From a virus (lineage: Duplodnaviria; Caudoviricetes), in IMG/VR virus record IMGVR_UViG_3300020580_000002, positions 1-58,391 of that record: DNA of 58,391 nucleotides, one strand, 5' to 3'. A program made the translations under genes and the position numbers. Shown one piece after another: positions 17,431-26,966 of this stretch. The number at the start of each line of letters is the position of its first letter. The stretch's first letter is position 1. The notes beneath the pieces were generated by a model that worked only from the letters and a program-made list of their open reading frames with translations, was not told the DNA's origin and did not search any database.

Positions 17431-17635
17431 CTTTGACTACTCTCGGTCTGCCGGGCCACCTTGCTGCTTGTGCTCTCGCCAGGTTTTGCGCGCACGCTTC
17501 TAGCTTCGCAGGCGACTTCGACCGGCCGCCCTTCGCACCAAGCGCGGCCATCTTCTCCTTGCGCTTAGCGATGCGGTCGTTGATGACCTCGGGAATGAGC
17601 GCCAGTTGTCTAGGGTCCAATTTCGCCATTGACAC
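17423..17635 (-). CDS. Small basic DNA-binding protein
   Basis: GAKGGRSKSPAK..A..N..GRP motif; GAGGAG SD. Confidence 0.65.
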   Translation of the reverse strand: MSMAKLDPRQLALIPEVINDRIAKRKEKMAALGAKGGRSKSPAKLEACAQNLARAQAARWPGRPRVVKDA

Positions 17636-17657
17636 CTCCTCACAAAGCGCATACTCT
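17629..17657 (+). promoter_or_regulatory. Putative sigma70 promoter giving a leaderless mRNA
   Basis: TTGACA-17-TACTCT; ATG 6 nt downstream at 17664. Confidence 0.5.
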
Positions 17658-17663
17658 CACCAC

Positions 17664-18095
17664 ATGTTTACCCCGTCAAGCGAAAAGGTTCGCGCGGCCG
17701 AAGCCTACCTCGAAAAGATTCGCACCCGCAAACGCTCCTGGGCCACCACCCACCCTAGCGGTCACACGCGCACCAGAAAACCCCTGTGGCGTTCGCTCCC
17801 GAAAGAGTGGCACGCCGAAGCTGAAGCGCACCTGAACCGCCTGGTTTGCAAATACTGGAGCGAACACGGCCACGGCCCATCGCAACACAAGCACGCTTCG
17901 CTCATCGGCAATGTGGTGCAGTACATCCTCTACTGCCGCATGTCGCACCGCAAGCTGTCGCTGCTTTGGAAATTCTGGAACGCCCGCAAAGTCGCATCTG
18001 GCGGCGCCAACGTGCGCAATCCCCAAGACCGCACCGGCTTTACCCCACGCGACGCTAAGCACCGCGCTAGCCAAGGAAACCTACAAGGAATATAA
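17664..18095 (+). CDS. Basic hypothetical protein
   Basis: In-frame ATG just after the promoter-like sequence. Confidence 0.6.
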   Translation: MFTPSSEKVRAAEAYLEKIRTRKRSWATTHPSGHTRTRKPLWRSLPKEWHAEAEAHLNRLVCKYWSEHGHGPSQHKHASLIGNVVQYILYCRMSHRKLSLLWKFWNARKVASGGANVRNPQDRTGFTPRDAKHRASQGNLQGI

Positions 18096-18099
18096 ACGC

Positions 18100-18129
18100 T
18101 TGACAACGCTTAGCAACCGGGCGTACTTT
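18100..18129 (+). promoter_or_regulatory. Putative sigma70 promoter of the packaging operon
   Basis: TTGACA-18-TACTTT; ATG at 18137 with no SD. Confidence 0.45.
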
Positions 18130-18136
18130 TCGAACC

Positions 18137-18385
18137 ATGGACGCTCCTAAGTGCCCAAACTTCAAACGCGGTGCCTGCGAACGCAACGACCCCGTAATCA
18201 TCTCTGACGACGGCGACCACTGGCAATTCGGCTGCCGTACCTGTCGCTGCGGTTACGTAGTCACCAAGCCCGTCGGCAAAGGACGTGCCAAGTACGAACT
18301 CGAAATGCAGCGCCGACGCTCGCTAGCTATGACCCCTCGCGACCGTGTCGTTTTCCATGCCCCATCAAAAGGCTGGGCCGCCTGA
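18137..18385 (+). CDS. Zn-ribbon protein
   Basis: CPN..C and CRTC motifs. Confidence 0.65.
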   Translation: MDAPKCPNFKRGACERNDPVIISDDGDHWQFGCRTCRCGYVVTKPVGKGRAKYELEMQRRRSLAMTPRDRVVFHAPSKGWAA

Positions 18386-18456
18386 TGCTAACGTCGGTAC
18401 ATGCTAGAGTTGGACTTTGCCGGACAAAGTGCTTCACAAAACTGAGGTAAACCGCC

Positions 18457-19014
18457 ATGGACGACACCTTCACCGCCGCCGCAGCGCAAATCGCCGCCAG
18501 CGCTGACGCCCCTGCTAACGCACTAAAGAAACGCCAGCCACTCACCGAGGAACAAAAAGAAGTCCTGCGCAAGCGCCTCGACGTTGCCCGCGCCAAGCGC
18601 AGTGCTCTCGCCAAAGCGGGCCTGCTACGCGCTAAGGCACCGCGCAAAGTTATGAAACCTGCGCCCCAGCCCGTCACCATCGCACCATCCAACACCTTCA
18701 CCATGTGGTCCAACGACGAATGGCGCGACGCTCCCTACGCCGTCGCCCTCCAGCGCCTTACCGACCTCACCCAGGACCGCGAGCGCGGTGCCTCTCTCGT
18801 CCAGCAAAAGCGCGACTCCGAGCGCATCCCCGCCACCTACAACTGCATCGTCTGCAAAAAACCAGTCCAAGACGGCCGCTGGATATGGAAAAACGACCGC
18901 CGCGACGAAGTCACGCAGCTCTACACCAGCGACGTCCTATGCTCACAGATTTGCCACGAACGCTTTAGCAACAACGCAAAGTTTTACTTAGACCGCGCCA
19001 AGGGAGTGTCGTGA
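18457..19014 (+). CDS. Hypothetical Zn-finger protein directly upstream of TerL (possible small terminase)
   Basis: CIVC..CSQIC; GTGA overlap with TerL; the role is positional only. Confidence 0.6.
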   Translation: MDDTFTAAAAQIAASADAPANALKKRQPLTEEQKEVLRKRLDVARAKRSALAKAGLLRAKAPRKVMKPAPQPVTIAPSNTFTMWSNDEWRDAPYAVALQRLTDLTQDRERGASLVQQKRDSERIPATYNCIVCKKPVQDGRWIWKNDRRDEVTQLYTSDVLCSQICHERFSNNAKFYLDRAKGVS

Positions 19015-20756
19015 ACTTTCGTAATGCAGTAACGTGGCTCAGCAAGCTAAAAATAAAACACCGCGACACCGGCCGCACCGTTCCCTTCCGCCTAAACGCC
19101 AACCAGCAAAAAGCCATGAAAGCGCTCCAAGAACAATACGACGAAATCGGCATGGTACGCACCATCATCCTCAAAGCCCGGCGCGTCGGCATGTCCTCCC
19201 TCATGGATTCCCTCGGCCTGCTACACTGCCTCGCGCGACCTCAAGCCCACGCAAAAATAGTCGCTCACTTGCAGTCAACGGCCGAGGGCCTCTTTCGCGT
19301 CCCTCGCGACCTGGTCGGAGGACTCCCTTATGGAAACACCGCAGTCGACGTACGCACCCGCCGCATCATCGTCCCCCACCCCGACGGTGATTCAATCCTT
19401 GACATTTCGACAGCAGGTTCTGTCATCGGTGGACGTGGCCTTACGCTATCATTTGTGCACCTGTCAGAGGCCGCTTTCTTCCCAGGAGAGGACTCCTTCT
19501 TGTCACTGCTGCCTGCTGTCTCAGACGGCGACGACACCTTTGTCGCCATTGAATCTACTGCGAACGGCCGTGTCGGGCCTGGTAAAGCGTTTTATGACTT
19601 CTGGAATAGCGCTGTGGCCGGAAAGAACGGATACGTCCCCATCTTCCTCCCCTGGCTCGACGACCCCGCCTGCATTAGACCCGAGGAAGAAGCAGGGGAT
19701 GCCCCTGCCTCTGACATCGAGCGAGAGCTTATGCGCGACTTCCACGCCACTAAAGCACAAATCGCGTGGTTCCGCCGCACCCTAGAAGACAAGTGCCAAG
19801 GCCTGTTGCCAAAAATGATGCAGGAATATCCGCATACGCCCGAAGTCGCATTCGTCGCATCGGGCGACCCGGCCTTCCCGCGCGAGGAGATAATCTATGT
19901 CCGCTCCACTGTCGAAAAACCGCTCCGGCGCGGTCGTGTTCGCTGGGATGGGAACGCTAATCGCGTTCTCTTTGAGGACGTCCGCAACGGACTGCTGCAC
20001 ATCTGGCGCGCTCCTGAACCCAAACACCACTACTACGTCGGCGCTGACGCCGCCACCGGCATCGAAGACGGCGACTTCGCCGCTTATGTGGTCTTCGACG
20101 GCACCACTGGCGAGCAAGTAGCCCGCTACGCCGACCGCATCCACCCTGAGCACCTTGCGGACCAGCTCAACCTAGTCGGCCACTACTACAACAAAGCGAT
20201 GGTGAACATTGAGCTGACCGGCAATTTAGGCAGACATGCACTGAAGGTGCTGCGCGATGACCACCGCTACACCAACTTCTACATCTGGAAAGGCAAAGAC
20301 GACCGCAAACCCGGTGCTCGCACCGGCATGCCCCTGATCGGCTGGGAAACAACCTCAGCCAGCAGGCGCAAACTCTTCGACACTTTCAGAGCGGGCGTGC
20401 GCAGCGGCATGCGCGATGAGGAGGGTGGCCTGGCCATCTACGACGATGCCCTCGTGCAACAAATGGACAACGCTACATTCTACGAAGGCTTTATGTGGGA
20501 GGTCGAGCGAGGCAACGATGACATCCTATTTGCAGCAATGCTGGGCGTCATCGCCATGTCTCAATGGCCCCCGCCGCGCGTCACCAACCGCTCGCGCAAA
20601 CCGGACATCGACGACGAGAGAGCGTACAACCCGCTCTCTGCTATGGGGATTAGACCACAGGAACCAGTCGAACTAAGCCTACGCCGCCACTACCAACTCA
20701 CCATGAAAGCCTTACGTACCGCCACCGGCAAGCCCACAGGCTTGGAGGGCATATGA
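19011..20756 (+). CDS. terL: Terminase large subunit
   Basis: LNANQ, Walker A LKARRVGMSS, GRGLT, Walker B VHLSEAAF, IESTANG; nuclease GADAATG and NDDILFA. Confidence 0.95.
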   Translation: MNFRNAVTWLSKLKIKHRDTGRTVPFRLNANQQKAMKALQEQYDEIGMVRTIILKARRVGMSSLMDSLGLLHCLARPQAHAKIVAHLQSTAEGLFRVPRDLVGGLPYGNTAVDVRTRRIIVPHPDGDSILDISTAGSVIGGRGLTLSFVHLSEAAFFPGEDSFLSLLPAVSDGDDTFVAIESTANGRVGPGKAFYDFWNSAVAGKNGYVPIFLPWLDDPACIRPEEEAGDAPASDIERELMRDFHATKAQIAWFRRTLEDKCQGLLPKMMQEYPHTPEVAFVASGDPAFPREEIIYVRSTVEKPLRRGRVRWDGNANRVLFEDVRNGLLHIWRAPEPKHHYYVGADAATGIEDGDFAAYVVFDGTTGEQVARYADRIHPEHLADQLNLVGHYYNKAMVNIELTGNLGRHALKVLRDDHRYTNFYIWKGKDDRKPGARTGMPLIGWETTSASRRKLFDTFRAGVRSGMRDEEGGLAIYDDALVQQMDNATFYEGFMWEVERGNDDILFAAMLGVIAMSQWPPPRVTNRSRKPDIDDERAYNPLSAMGIRPQEPVELSLRRHYQLTMKALRTATGKPTGLEGI

Positions 20757-20944
20757 CGTTAGCAGCATTCACCAACTCAGACTTCACCATCCCCTTCCCG
20801 CCCATGTGCATCACCTGTCACAGCATCATGTACCGTGCCAAACACGAACCTGAAGAATGGCGTTGTATCTGGTGCGATGAAGCCAAGTTAGCTAAACAGG
20901 AACAAAAAGAGGACAACCGCCATGCCCGCCCACAACAGACCTAA
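20753..20944 (+). CDS. Small Zn-finger protein
   Basis: CITC..CIWC; ATGA coupling. Confidence 0.55.
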   Translation: MTLAAFTNSDFTIPFPPMCITCHSIMYRAKHEPEEWRCIWCDEAKLAKQEQKEDNRHARPQQT

Positions 20945-21311
20945 CACCGCCCCACTCGACGCCTACCTAGGTCGCATCCTCCTGGCTGCCGTCAAACAAG
21001 CCGGTGGCGAACTGCGCATCCCTTGCGCCTCCATCGACGCCGTCGATCAAGAAGAAAACCTAGTCAAAGATTACGACGCCGCAACCAACACTATCGTGTT
21101 ACGCTCATGTGGACGGTTCACCGAAGTATGGTCCGTTCGCCCCGAGGCCAGCGCATGGATAGACCAGACGAGACCCGCAGACCTAGCAGCAGTAGCATCG
21201 CGCAGCAGCGTGAAGACGGACGACGAACTAGCCGCTCTGGAGGAGAGACTCCAGAGGAAGCCCTTTCGCCGCTCAGTCCCGCCTCGCCCGACGAACTCCG
21301 TCGAGCAGTAG
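20922..21311 (+). CDS. Hypothetical protein
   Basis: GAGGA SD; 129 aa. Confidence 0.65.
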   Translation: MPAHNRPNTAPLDAYLGRILLAAVKQAGGELRIPCASIDAVDQEENLVKDYDAATNTIVLRSCGRFTEVWSVRPEASAWIDQTRPADLAAVASRSSVKTDDELAALEERLQRKPFRRSVPPRPTNSVEQ

Positions 21312-21580
21312 ACGTGCTGCGCGAAATCGGCGAAGCCTTCACCAAGCTGCGCCACACCAACCGCACGGCCGCCTGGAGCGACCTGCAAGAGCGCCTGATG
21401 AGCAACATCTCCATGCTCGTACCCAACGTGGTCACCCTCAAGGACTTCATCGGCTTGGGTATCGACATTGAATCCTTCGTCAAGAACGACTCCGGCGCCG
21501 TCGCTGAAGAACCACTCGAAGTCATCCGCAAATTCCTCAACTCCCCAGACGGCACGCTGCCGCTGAAAAAGATAAACTGA
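21155..21580 (+). CDS. Hypothetical protein (start uncertain)
   Basis: 3' half is protein-like and ends 1 nt before the portal gene. Confidence 0.5.
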   Translation: MDRPDETRRPSSSSIAQQREDGRRTSRSGGETPEEALSPLSPASPDELRRAVDVLREIGEAFTKLRHTNRTAAWSDLQERLMSNISMLVPNVVTLKDFIGLGIDIESFVKNDSGAVAEEPLEVIRKFLNSPDGTLPLKKIN

Positions 21581-21581
21581 C

Positions 21582-23285
21582 ATGGCCGTCACCACCTTCA
21601 GCAGGCGTAAAACGGAAGTCGACAATCCCGACCTGGTGATCATCCGCCAGCTTGACGAACTCCAGCGCCTCTCCGCAGACGAACGAGACAAACAACTCGG
21701 CACCGGCTTCTTCAGCGACCTGCGCCGTTTCTTCAGTATGGACGCTGCTTCGACCGCCTGGGCCACTCCAAACTTCCGCCCCCGCGTGCAAATCCCCGAC
21801 CTGCAGATAGCCCTCCTCAACGAAGCCACTGACATCAGCGACGCTTCCCCGCGCATCTTCCTGCTCAAGGGCGGCAAGCGCGACGCCCAACGCGAAACGG
21901 CTTTCCAAGAACATTGGAAGCAAATGCACTTCAACAACCGCCTGATGGAAGTAGACATCTGGGCACTCTTCGCAGGCACCGGCTTCGCACAAGTAGGCTT
22001 CGACCCTGACGCCCGCCGTGGACGCGGCGAAGTCTGGATAGAATCCCGCGACCCCGATACCGTCTATCCCGACCCGGCCACGCGCGACTTCACCAAATGG
22101 CTGTACGTCCAGTACGTCGACACCATGTACATCGACGAAGTCCGCAAGCGCTGGCCCGAGCGCGGCTGGTCCATCCGCCCCCGTCGCGGCTCCACTTTCA
22201 GCATCGGCACCAGCGAAGTCTCGCCCACCTTCAAGACCACTCCCGGCCCCATGAAGTTTGCAACCTCAGCCCCAGGCACCCGCCAGCCTGACCCGAACCC
22301 GCTCGTAACGGTGCGCCACACTTTCATCCGCGACTTCACCACCGAGGAAATCAGCAAAGAAGAACGCGAACGCATGGCCGAGCAGCTTGGCCCACTAGTG
22401 ACCCCGCCTAAGCACAAACCGCGCTGGCCAAACGGAAGGTACCTAATTGACTGCGAAGAAATCCTGCTTGCCGACGGCGAAAATCCTTATCCTCTGGGCC
22501 GCTTTCCGATTATCCCCTTTCACGGCATGCCTAGCCTTGGCAGCTTCTGGGCGCCTCCGGGCATCCGTTACACTCGCGGTCTGCAATTCCTTGCTGAACG
22601 TATGCTTACTCAGACATTCGAAAACGCCGTCCGCTTAAACAACGGCGTGTGGTTCATCCACGAAGACACCGGCATCAGCGCCGACGACTTCGGCGGCATA
22701 CCCGCTGAGATTCGCGTCATCAACCGTGGCTCACAGTTTCCAGAAGTAAGGTGGCCCACTGCCATGCCGCAGCACATGACCCAGTTACCCGAGATGCTCC
22801 TCGCCAAGCAAAAAGAACTACTCGGCATGCAAGGCGCACGCTCCGGCCAGCAAGGCCACGGTAACATCTCACCAGACCTGGCCGACACCTCTATTCTCGA
22901 AAGCAGCAAGTTGACGCGGTTGCGCATGCGAATCTTGGCCGAGTCTGTACAAAACTTGAGCGAGTTAGTGTTCTACACCATGGCGCGCTACTACGACGAC
23001 TACCGCTTCCCGAAATTCGACAACAAGGGCGGCACCGACCTTATCACCTGGTCTTCTATTGCGACAGCATACGACGACTACGACATCTATCTGGACCAGG
23101 CTTCTGCATACGCTGTCAGCGCCAGCAGCATGCGCCGCCTCGTTCTTGCGCTCTTAGAGAAAGGCCACGTCCCACTCAAGTTCGCGCTAGAACAACTCGA
23201 CATACCCGGTGCTACGGAGATTGCTGAGCAAGCCGAGCAACAGAACCAATTGAACGCACTGCTGAAACTCAAGAGGCCCCGGTGA
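21582..23285 (+). CDS. Portal protein
   Basis: 567 aa after TerL; GTGFAQVGFDP, VYPDP.A, FPIIPF and ELLG motifs typical of podovirus-type portals. Confidence 0.88.
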   Translation: MAVTTFSRRKTEVDNPDLVIIRQLDELQRLSADERDKQLGTGFFSDLRRFFSMDAASTAWATPNFRPRVQIPDLQIALLNEATDISDASPRIFLLKGGKRDAQRETAFQEHWKQMHFNNRLMEVDIWALFAGTGFAQVGFDPDARRGRGEVWIESRDPDTVYPDPATRDFTKWLYVQYVDTMYIDEVRKRWPERGWSIRPRRGSTFSIGTSEVSPTFKTTPGPMKFATSAPGTRQPDPNPLVTVRHTFIRDFTTEEISKEERERMAEQLGPLVTPPKHKPRWPNGRYLIDCEEILLADGENPYPLGRFPIIPFHGMPSLGSFWAPPGIRYTRGLQFLAERMLTQTFENAVRLNNGVWFIHEDTGISADDFGGIPAEIRVINRGSQFPEVRWPTAMPQHMTQLPEMLLAKQKELLGMQGARSGQQGHGNISPDLADTSILESSKLTRLRMRILAESVQNLSELVFYTMARYYDDYRFPKFDNKGGTDLITWSSIATAYDDYDIYLDQASAYAVSASSMRRLVLALLEKGHVPLKFALEQLDIPGATEIAEQAEQQNQLNALLKLKRPR

Positions 23286-23521
23286 GCAACACTCAACATA
23301 CTCTCTCGCCTGCCCCACCCTGGCACATCACCACCGGTGTGACATGGTTGTCTGCTGAAGAGATGGCAGTAAAATGGTCGCGCACCGGTAAAACCATCCG
23401 CCAGTGGTGCAAAGACGGCACTCTCATCGCCGCACACTGCCGTGTCTACAAGGACTTCAAAGGACGCTGGTGGATAGGTGTGCCGGACGCTCAAGTGAAC
23501 ATTCCGCACCTTAAAGTTTGA
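23282..23521 (+). CDS. HTH (excisionase/MerR-like) protein
   Basis: WLSAEEMA..TGKTIRQWCKDG. Confidence 0.7.
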   Translation: MSNTQHTLSPAPPWHITTGVTWLSAEEMAVKWSRTGKTIRQWCKDGTLIAAHCRVYKDFKGRWWIGVPDAQVNIPHLKV

Positions 23522-23775
23522 CAACACTACTAGCCCTCGCACACCCTCACAGGGTGAGCACTCCCACACAAGAGCGCGTTCGCCTCTTTCTTCAGAAGGA
23601 CGACGAATGCTGGGTTGCTCAATACGCCATCGACGGCCGCCTGTGTGTCCCCTTTTACGTTCACGAATCAACACGCAGACAGTTCAGAGACGAGCCCAGC
23701 TTTCTCGCCTTCCTTGAGCAGAAGGCCACACAGATGCTCGAAATGTACGGCCCCGTCGACACGAGGATAAACTAA
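23518..23775 (+). CDS. Hypothetical protein
   Basis: Coupled on both sides. Confidence 0.6.
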   Translation: MTTLLALAHPHRVSTPTQERVRLFLQKDDECWVAQYAIDGRLCVPFYVHESTRRQFRDEPSFLAFLEQKATQMLEMYGPVDTRIN

Positions 23776-23831
23776 TGCACACTGAAGCGCACAAGCGCCG
23801 CAAAGGCGGCCGCAAGCACGGTCGTTACTGA
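23775..23831 (+). CDS. 18-aa basic peptide MHTEAHKRRKGGRKHGRY
   Basis: TAATG coupling, GAGGA SD; paralogous to 23902-23952. Confidence 0.6.
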   Translation: MHTEAHKRRKGGRKHGRY

Positions 23832-23901
23832 CTTTGTAGAAGTATCGGCAGCAGGTCTCTCTGGTTGCAAAACTGGGTGCGCTGCCGAGAAAGGAGACCA
23901 A

Positions 23902-23952
23902 ATGTTCACAGAAAAGAACCGTCGGCGCGGTCGCAAGCATGGCCGCAAGTAG
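23902..23952 (+). CDS. 16-aa basic peptide MFTEKNRRRGRKHGRK
   Basis: AAAGGAG SD; paralogous to 23775-23831. Confidence 0.65.
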   Translation: MFTEKNRRRGRKHGRK

Positions 23953-24054
23953 TTAGAAAGGTAAGCAACACAAAAACTGAATCGCGGCGAGGTGCAGTCG
24001 CTGGGCAGGTACCTGACTCCTGCACCTCATCGCACTCAGCACCAGGCATCCACC

Positions 24055-24390
24055 ATGAACAAACATAACATGGAGCGCAACCCCAACGCTCCCCGCCCGC
24101 GCATGAACTCCCCGATGTACGAAGACGGCCCTTGGCTCAAGGAACCCATCCGTCCCGATATGTTTCGCAACATGCAGCTAGGCATACCTGGTGACACTGC
24201 TACCTCGCTAGCCACCTTGCCACCGCAGCGTAACTCCCGAGGAGGCCGCAACCGTGCCCTCCCCGAACCACTCCCCAGCATCGCCAGCGTGCACCAAGCC
24301 AACAAGCACCCCGACACCATTCCCAACACTCAGTACGACGAAGTCGGCGTCCCAAACCGTAGCACCGGCAAGCGTTCGAAAGGTAAGTAG
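24055..24390 (+). CDS. Disordered hypothetical protein
   Basis: In-frame ATG; located in the head module. Confidence 0.55.
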   Translation: MNKHNMERNPNAPRPRMNSPMYEDGPWLKEPIRPDMFRNMQLGIPGDTATSLATLPPQRNSRGGRNRALPEPLPSIASVHQANKHPDTIPNTQYDEVGVPNRSTGKRSKGK

Positions 24391-24392
24391 TC

Positions 24393-24740
24393 ATGCCCAC
24401 TCAATCACTACTAGAGCGTTTCGCAAATCTCTTTTACGAGCCAATCATCTCCTTCCCGCCAGTGGCGCCACCTCCCCCTGTCGTCCCACCTGTGCTAGCA
24501 CATGCGCCACGTAAGCTACGCACCCCCCAGCCGACGCTCGAAAAAATTCTCGCCTCCGCGCTTGCCTCTTGGGGCCTTGCTGGCAGCTCCATCACTTCCA
24601 TAGCTGCCGACCTAGCCGAGATTGTGAAGATGTATTACGACAAGCCCGTGGCACCAACACCAGTGCCACCCGTCGCTAGACCAGTTGTACCACCGATTCC
24701 TCCAGTCGCACCACCTATGCCACCGGTACCACACAAATAA
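24393..24740 (+). CDS. Proline-rich protein
   Basis: PPV repeats at both ends. Confidence 0.65.
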   Translation: MPTQSLLERFANLFYEPIISFPPVAPPPPVVPPVLAHAPRKLRTPQPTLEKILASALASWGLAGSSITSIAADLAEIVKMYYDKPVAPTPVPPVARPVVPPIPPVAPPMPPVPHK

Positions 24741-24751
24741 AGGAGCAACAC

Positions 24752-25003
24752 ATGGCCGCACGTGCAGAAAAAAATCCCGTCGTCAGTTCGCACTACCCGA
24801 GCTTGAACACTCCCTTGCAAGTGACCGAAGCCGGTCCTGACCCTCGCCCCGGCATCTATGCCGAAGAAGGTGACGGCTTTGCCAAGGGCGGTCCAGTTGC
24901 CGACCCCGTCGGCGTAGTCAAGCCTTTCAACAACATCGGCCAAAAGTTCCCCATGGGCATCGAGACCAAGAACGACAAGTCCCTGGCTCGCAAAGGAAAG
25001 TAA
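24752..25003 (+). CDS. Hypothetical head-module protein
   Basis: AAGGAG SD. Confidence 0.7.
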   Translation: MAARAEKNPVVSSHYPSLNTPLQVTEAGPDPRPGIYAEEGDGFAKGGPVADPVGVVKPFNNIGQKFPMGIETKNDKSLARKGK

Positions 25004-25402
25004 TTGGGCGCACCGAATCCACTAGCCGCATTGCTCGCTGCCCGCTCAGGCCAAGGCGCCCCTCCGGGCATGCCCGGCTCGTCTCCTAGCGGAGCCGATA
25101 GCCAAACAGAGGGAGCAGGGGCACAAGTATCCCAGTTGAGTAGTGAGCTACAAGGCGCCGACCCTGGCTTCATGATGCGCGAAATGACCCAAATCAAACA
25201 GGCCATGATGCAGCTTTTCGTCAGAAGCGGCATGCGCATGCCTAACGTCGCCGGTCAAATCGCCATGGCCATGAAGCAATTCGATAAAGCGATAAAGGAA
25301 ATCCAGACTGCCTCGCAGACGCAGAGTGCTACACGGCCTCCGATTGGATTCAGCGCTGCAGGGTCAGGTCAACCGGCTGCGGGAGGGCCTCCAGCAGGAT
25401 GA
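25004..25402 (+). CDS. Hypothetical head-module protein
   Basis: TTG start after AAAGGA; helical core. Confidence 0.7.
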   Translation: MGAPNPLAALLAARSGQGAPPGMPGSSPSGADSQTEGAGAQVSQLSSELQGADPGFMMREMTQIKQAMMQLFVRSGMRMPNVAGQIAMAMKQFDKAIKEIQTASQTQSATRPPIGFSAAGSGQPAAGGPPAG

Positions 25403-25809
25403 ACTGGGCTTACATTGCGGGATTCTTTGATGGTGAAGGCTGTATCCGCGTCGCCCGTGCCAAGTTGGGCATAGGCATTACCTTACAGATTGTCCAAGTT
25501 ACGGAACACGTCGAGGTGCTCAACGAGATTGCAGCGTTCCTAAAGGGACTCAATGTCGAAGCCATTGTGAATGACGAAAAATTTGTGCGTAACCCGAGGT
25601 GGAGGCCTGTTAGCAACCTCACGATTCGACGCCGTGACTCTGTCATGACGTTCTTGCGTGGTGTGCTGCCCTATATTTACGTCAAGAAAGTTTCAGCGCA
25701 AGATGCACTTCGCTTCTTGCGCATGTATCCATCGCTCCGTTACAACCGCCTATTGATGTCAGAAGGGCAAATGCGCCGTAGGAGGACAGCTAATGCCAAT
25801 CTCACTTGA
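25399..25809 (+). CDS. Single-motif LAGLIDADG homing endonuclease
   Basis: WAYIAGFFDGEGCI; C-terminal LPYIYVKK. Confidence 0.9.
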   Translation: MNWAYIAGFFDGEGCIRVARAKLGIGITLQIVQVTEHVEVLNEIAAFLKGLNVEAIVNDEKFVRNPRWRPVSNLTIRRRDSVMTFLRGVLPYIYVKKVSAQDALRFLRMYPSLRYNRLLMSEGQMRRRRTANANLT

Positions 25810-26578
25810 TGATCTAGTTACGAACGCAAAATATACCGACGACATGAAATTTAAGATCGGCGACGACGAAGTCAGCGTGGCAGACCTGCGCGCTTACCAC
25901 CGTCGTGGCCAAGAGGTGTCAGCCACTGCCAAACGCCGCCAAGAAGAAGCCGAAGCTGAGTTCCTCAAGGCGCAAAAGCTCGGTGCCGACGCCCTCGCGC
26001 TATACGAATCCGTCAAGGGCGACGCCGACAAGAAAGTGAAAGTCGACGCCGACGGCGAAATCGACTGGTCCGACCCAGTCATGAAGGCTCTCAAGTCCAA
26101 ACTCGACGCCTTCGAAGCAGCTACTAAGCGCTACGACGATAAGGCCAAACAACTCGAAGGCGCCATCGCCACCGGCTTCAGCTTCGTCACCGACTACGTA
26201 TGGAACCAAGGCTATAGCTCACTTGACGAACTCTCGCGCCCCAAGGACAAGAAGCTCGAAGACCTAGTGAAGTACGCGCAAGAGCAAAAAATCACCGACC
26301 GCTGGGGCCTTCCCGACCCGGTCAAGGCCGCGCGCATGCTCACCGAGAGCGACCGCCAAACAGCCATCGAAAAGAAGGCCCGCGAGGAAGGCCGCAAAGA
26401 AGGTGAGCGCGCCGCTCGTGCCGCTGGCACTCCCCGTCCCGGCACCATCACGCCCGACACCCGCCAGCGCGTCGCATCCGACTCCAAGGACAAGCCCAAG
26501 AACATGAAAGAGTTGCTGCGAAAAGCTATGGCAGACCCTGAGATTCAACGAGTAGCAGGGGGCTTACAGGACCAGTAA
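25793..26578 (+). CDS. Capsid scaffolding protein
   Basis: Charged coiled-coil upstream of the capsid gene; AGGAGG SD. Confidence 0.7.
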   Translation: MPISLDDLVTNAKYTDDMKFKIGDDEVSVADLRAYHRRGQEVSATAKRRQEEAEAEFLKAQKLGADALALYESVKGDADKKVKVDADGEIDWSDPVMKALKSKLDAFEAATKRYDDKAKQLEGAIATGFSFVTDYVWNQGYSSLDELSRPKDKKLEDLVKYAQEQKITDRWGLPDPVKAARMLTESDRQTAIEKKAREEGRKEGERAARAAGTPRPGTITPDTRQRVASDSKDKPKNMKELLRKAMADPEIQRVAGGLQDQ

Positions 26579-26955
26579 TGCCACACAAAGACCCACTACG
26601 CGCAAAAGAATGGCGCCGAGAGTGGTATCAGCGTAGGCCGGAGCTACAGCGTGAATACCACCAGCGGCTTGACCGTAATTTGAAAGAAGCGGTCATCGCA
26701 GCTTACGGTGGAAAGTGCAAATGTTGCGGCGCTGACGAATACGAGTTTCTGACGATTGACCATGTTGACGGGGGCGGGCAGAAGCACAAAAGGTCCGTAC
26801 CTGGTTTCAAGATTTATCGGTGGCTCCGTAACAATGGCTTCCCTCAGGATGGCAGGTTTCAGTTGCTGTGCATTAGCTGCAATTTTGCCAAGGGCATTTA
26901 TGGCGAATGTCCACACGTCAAACAGAAGTTCGACGTGTTAGGTCTAGCCTGCTAA
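26578..26955 (+). CDS. HNH endonuclease
   Basis: YGGKCKCCG..LTIDHVDGGG..LLCISCN. Confidence 0.88.
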   Translation: MPHKDPLRAKEWRREWYQRRPELQREYHQRLDRNLKEAVIAAYGGKCKCCGADEYEFLTIDHVDGGGQKHKRSVPGFKIYRWLRNNGFPQDGRFQLLCISCNFAKGIYGECPHVKQKFDVLGLAC

Positions 26956-26966
26956 GGAGATAAGTT

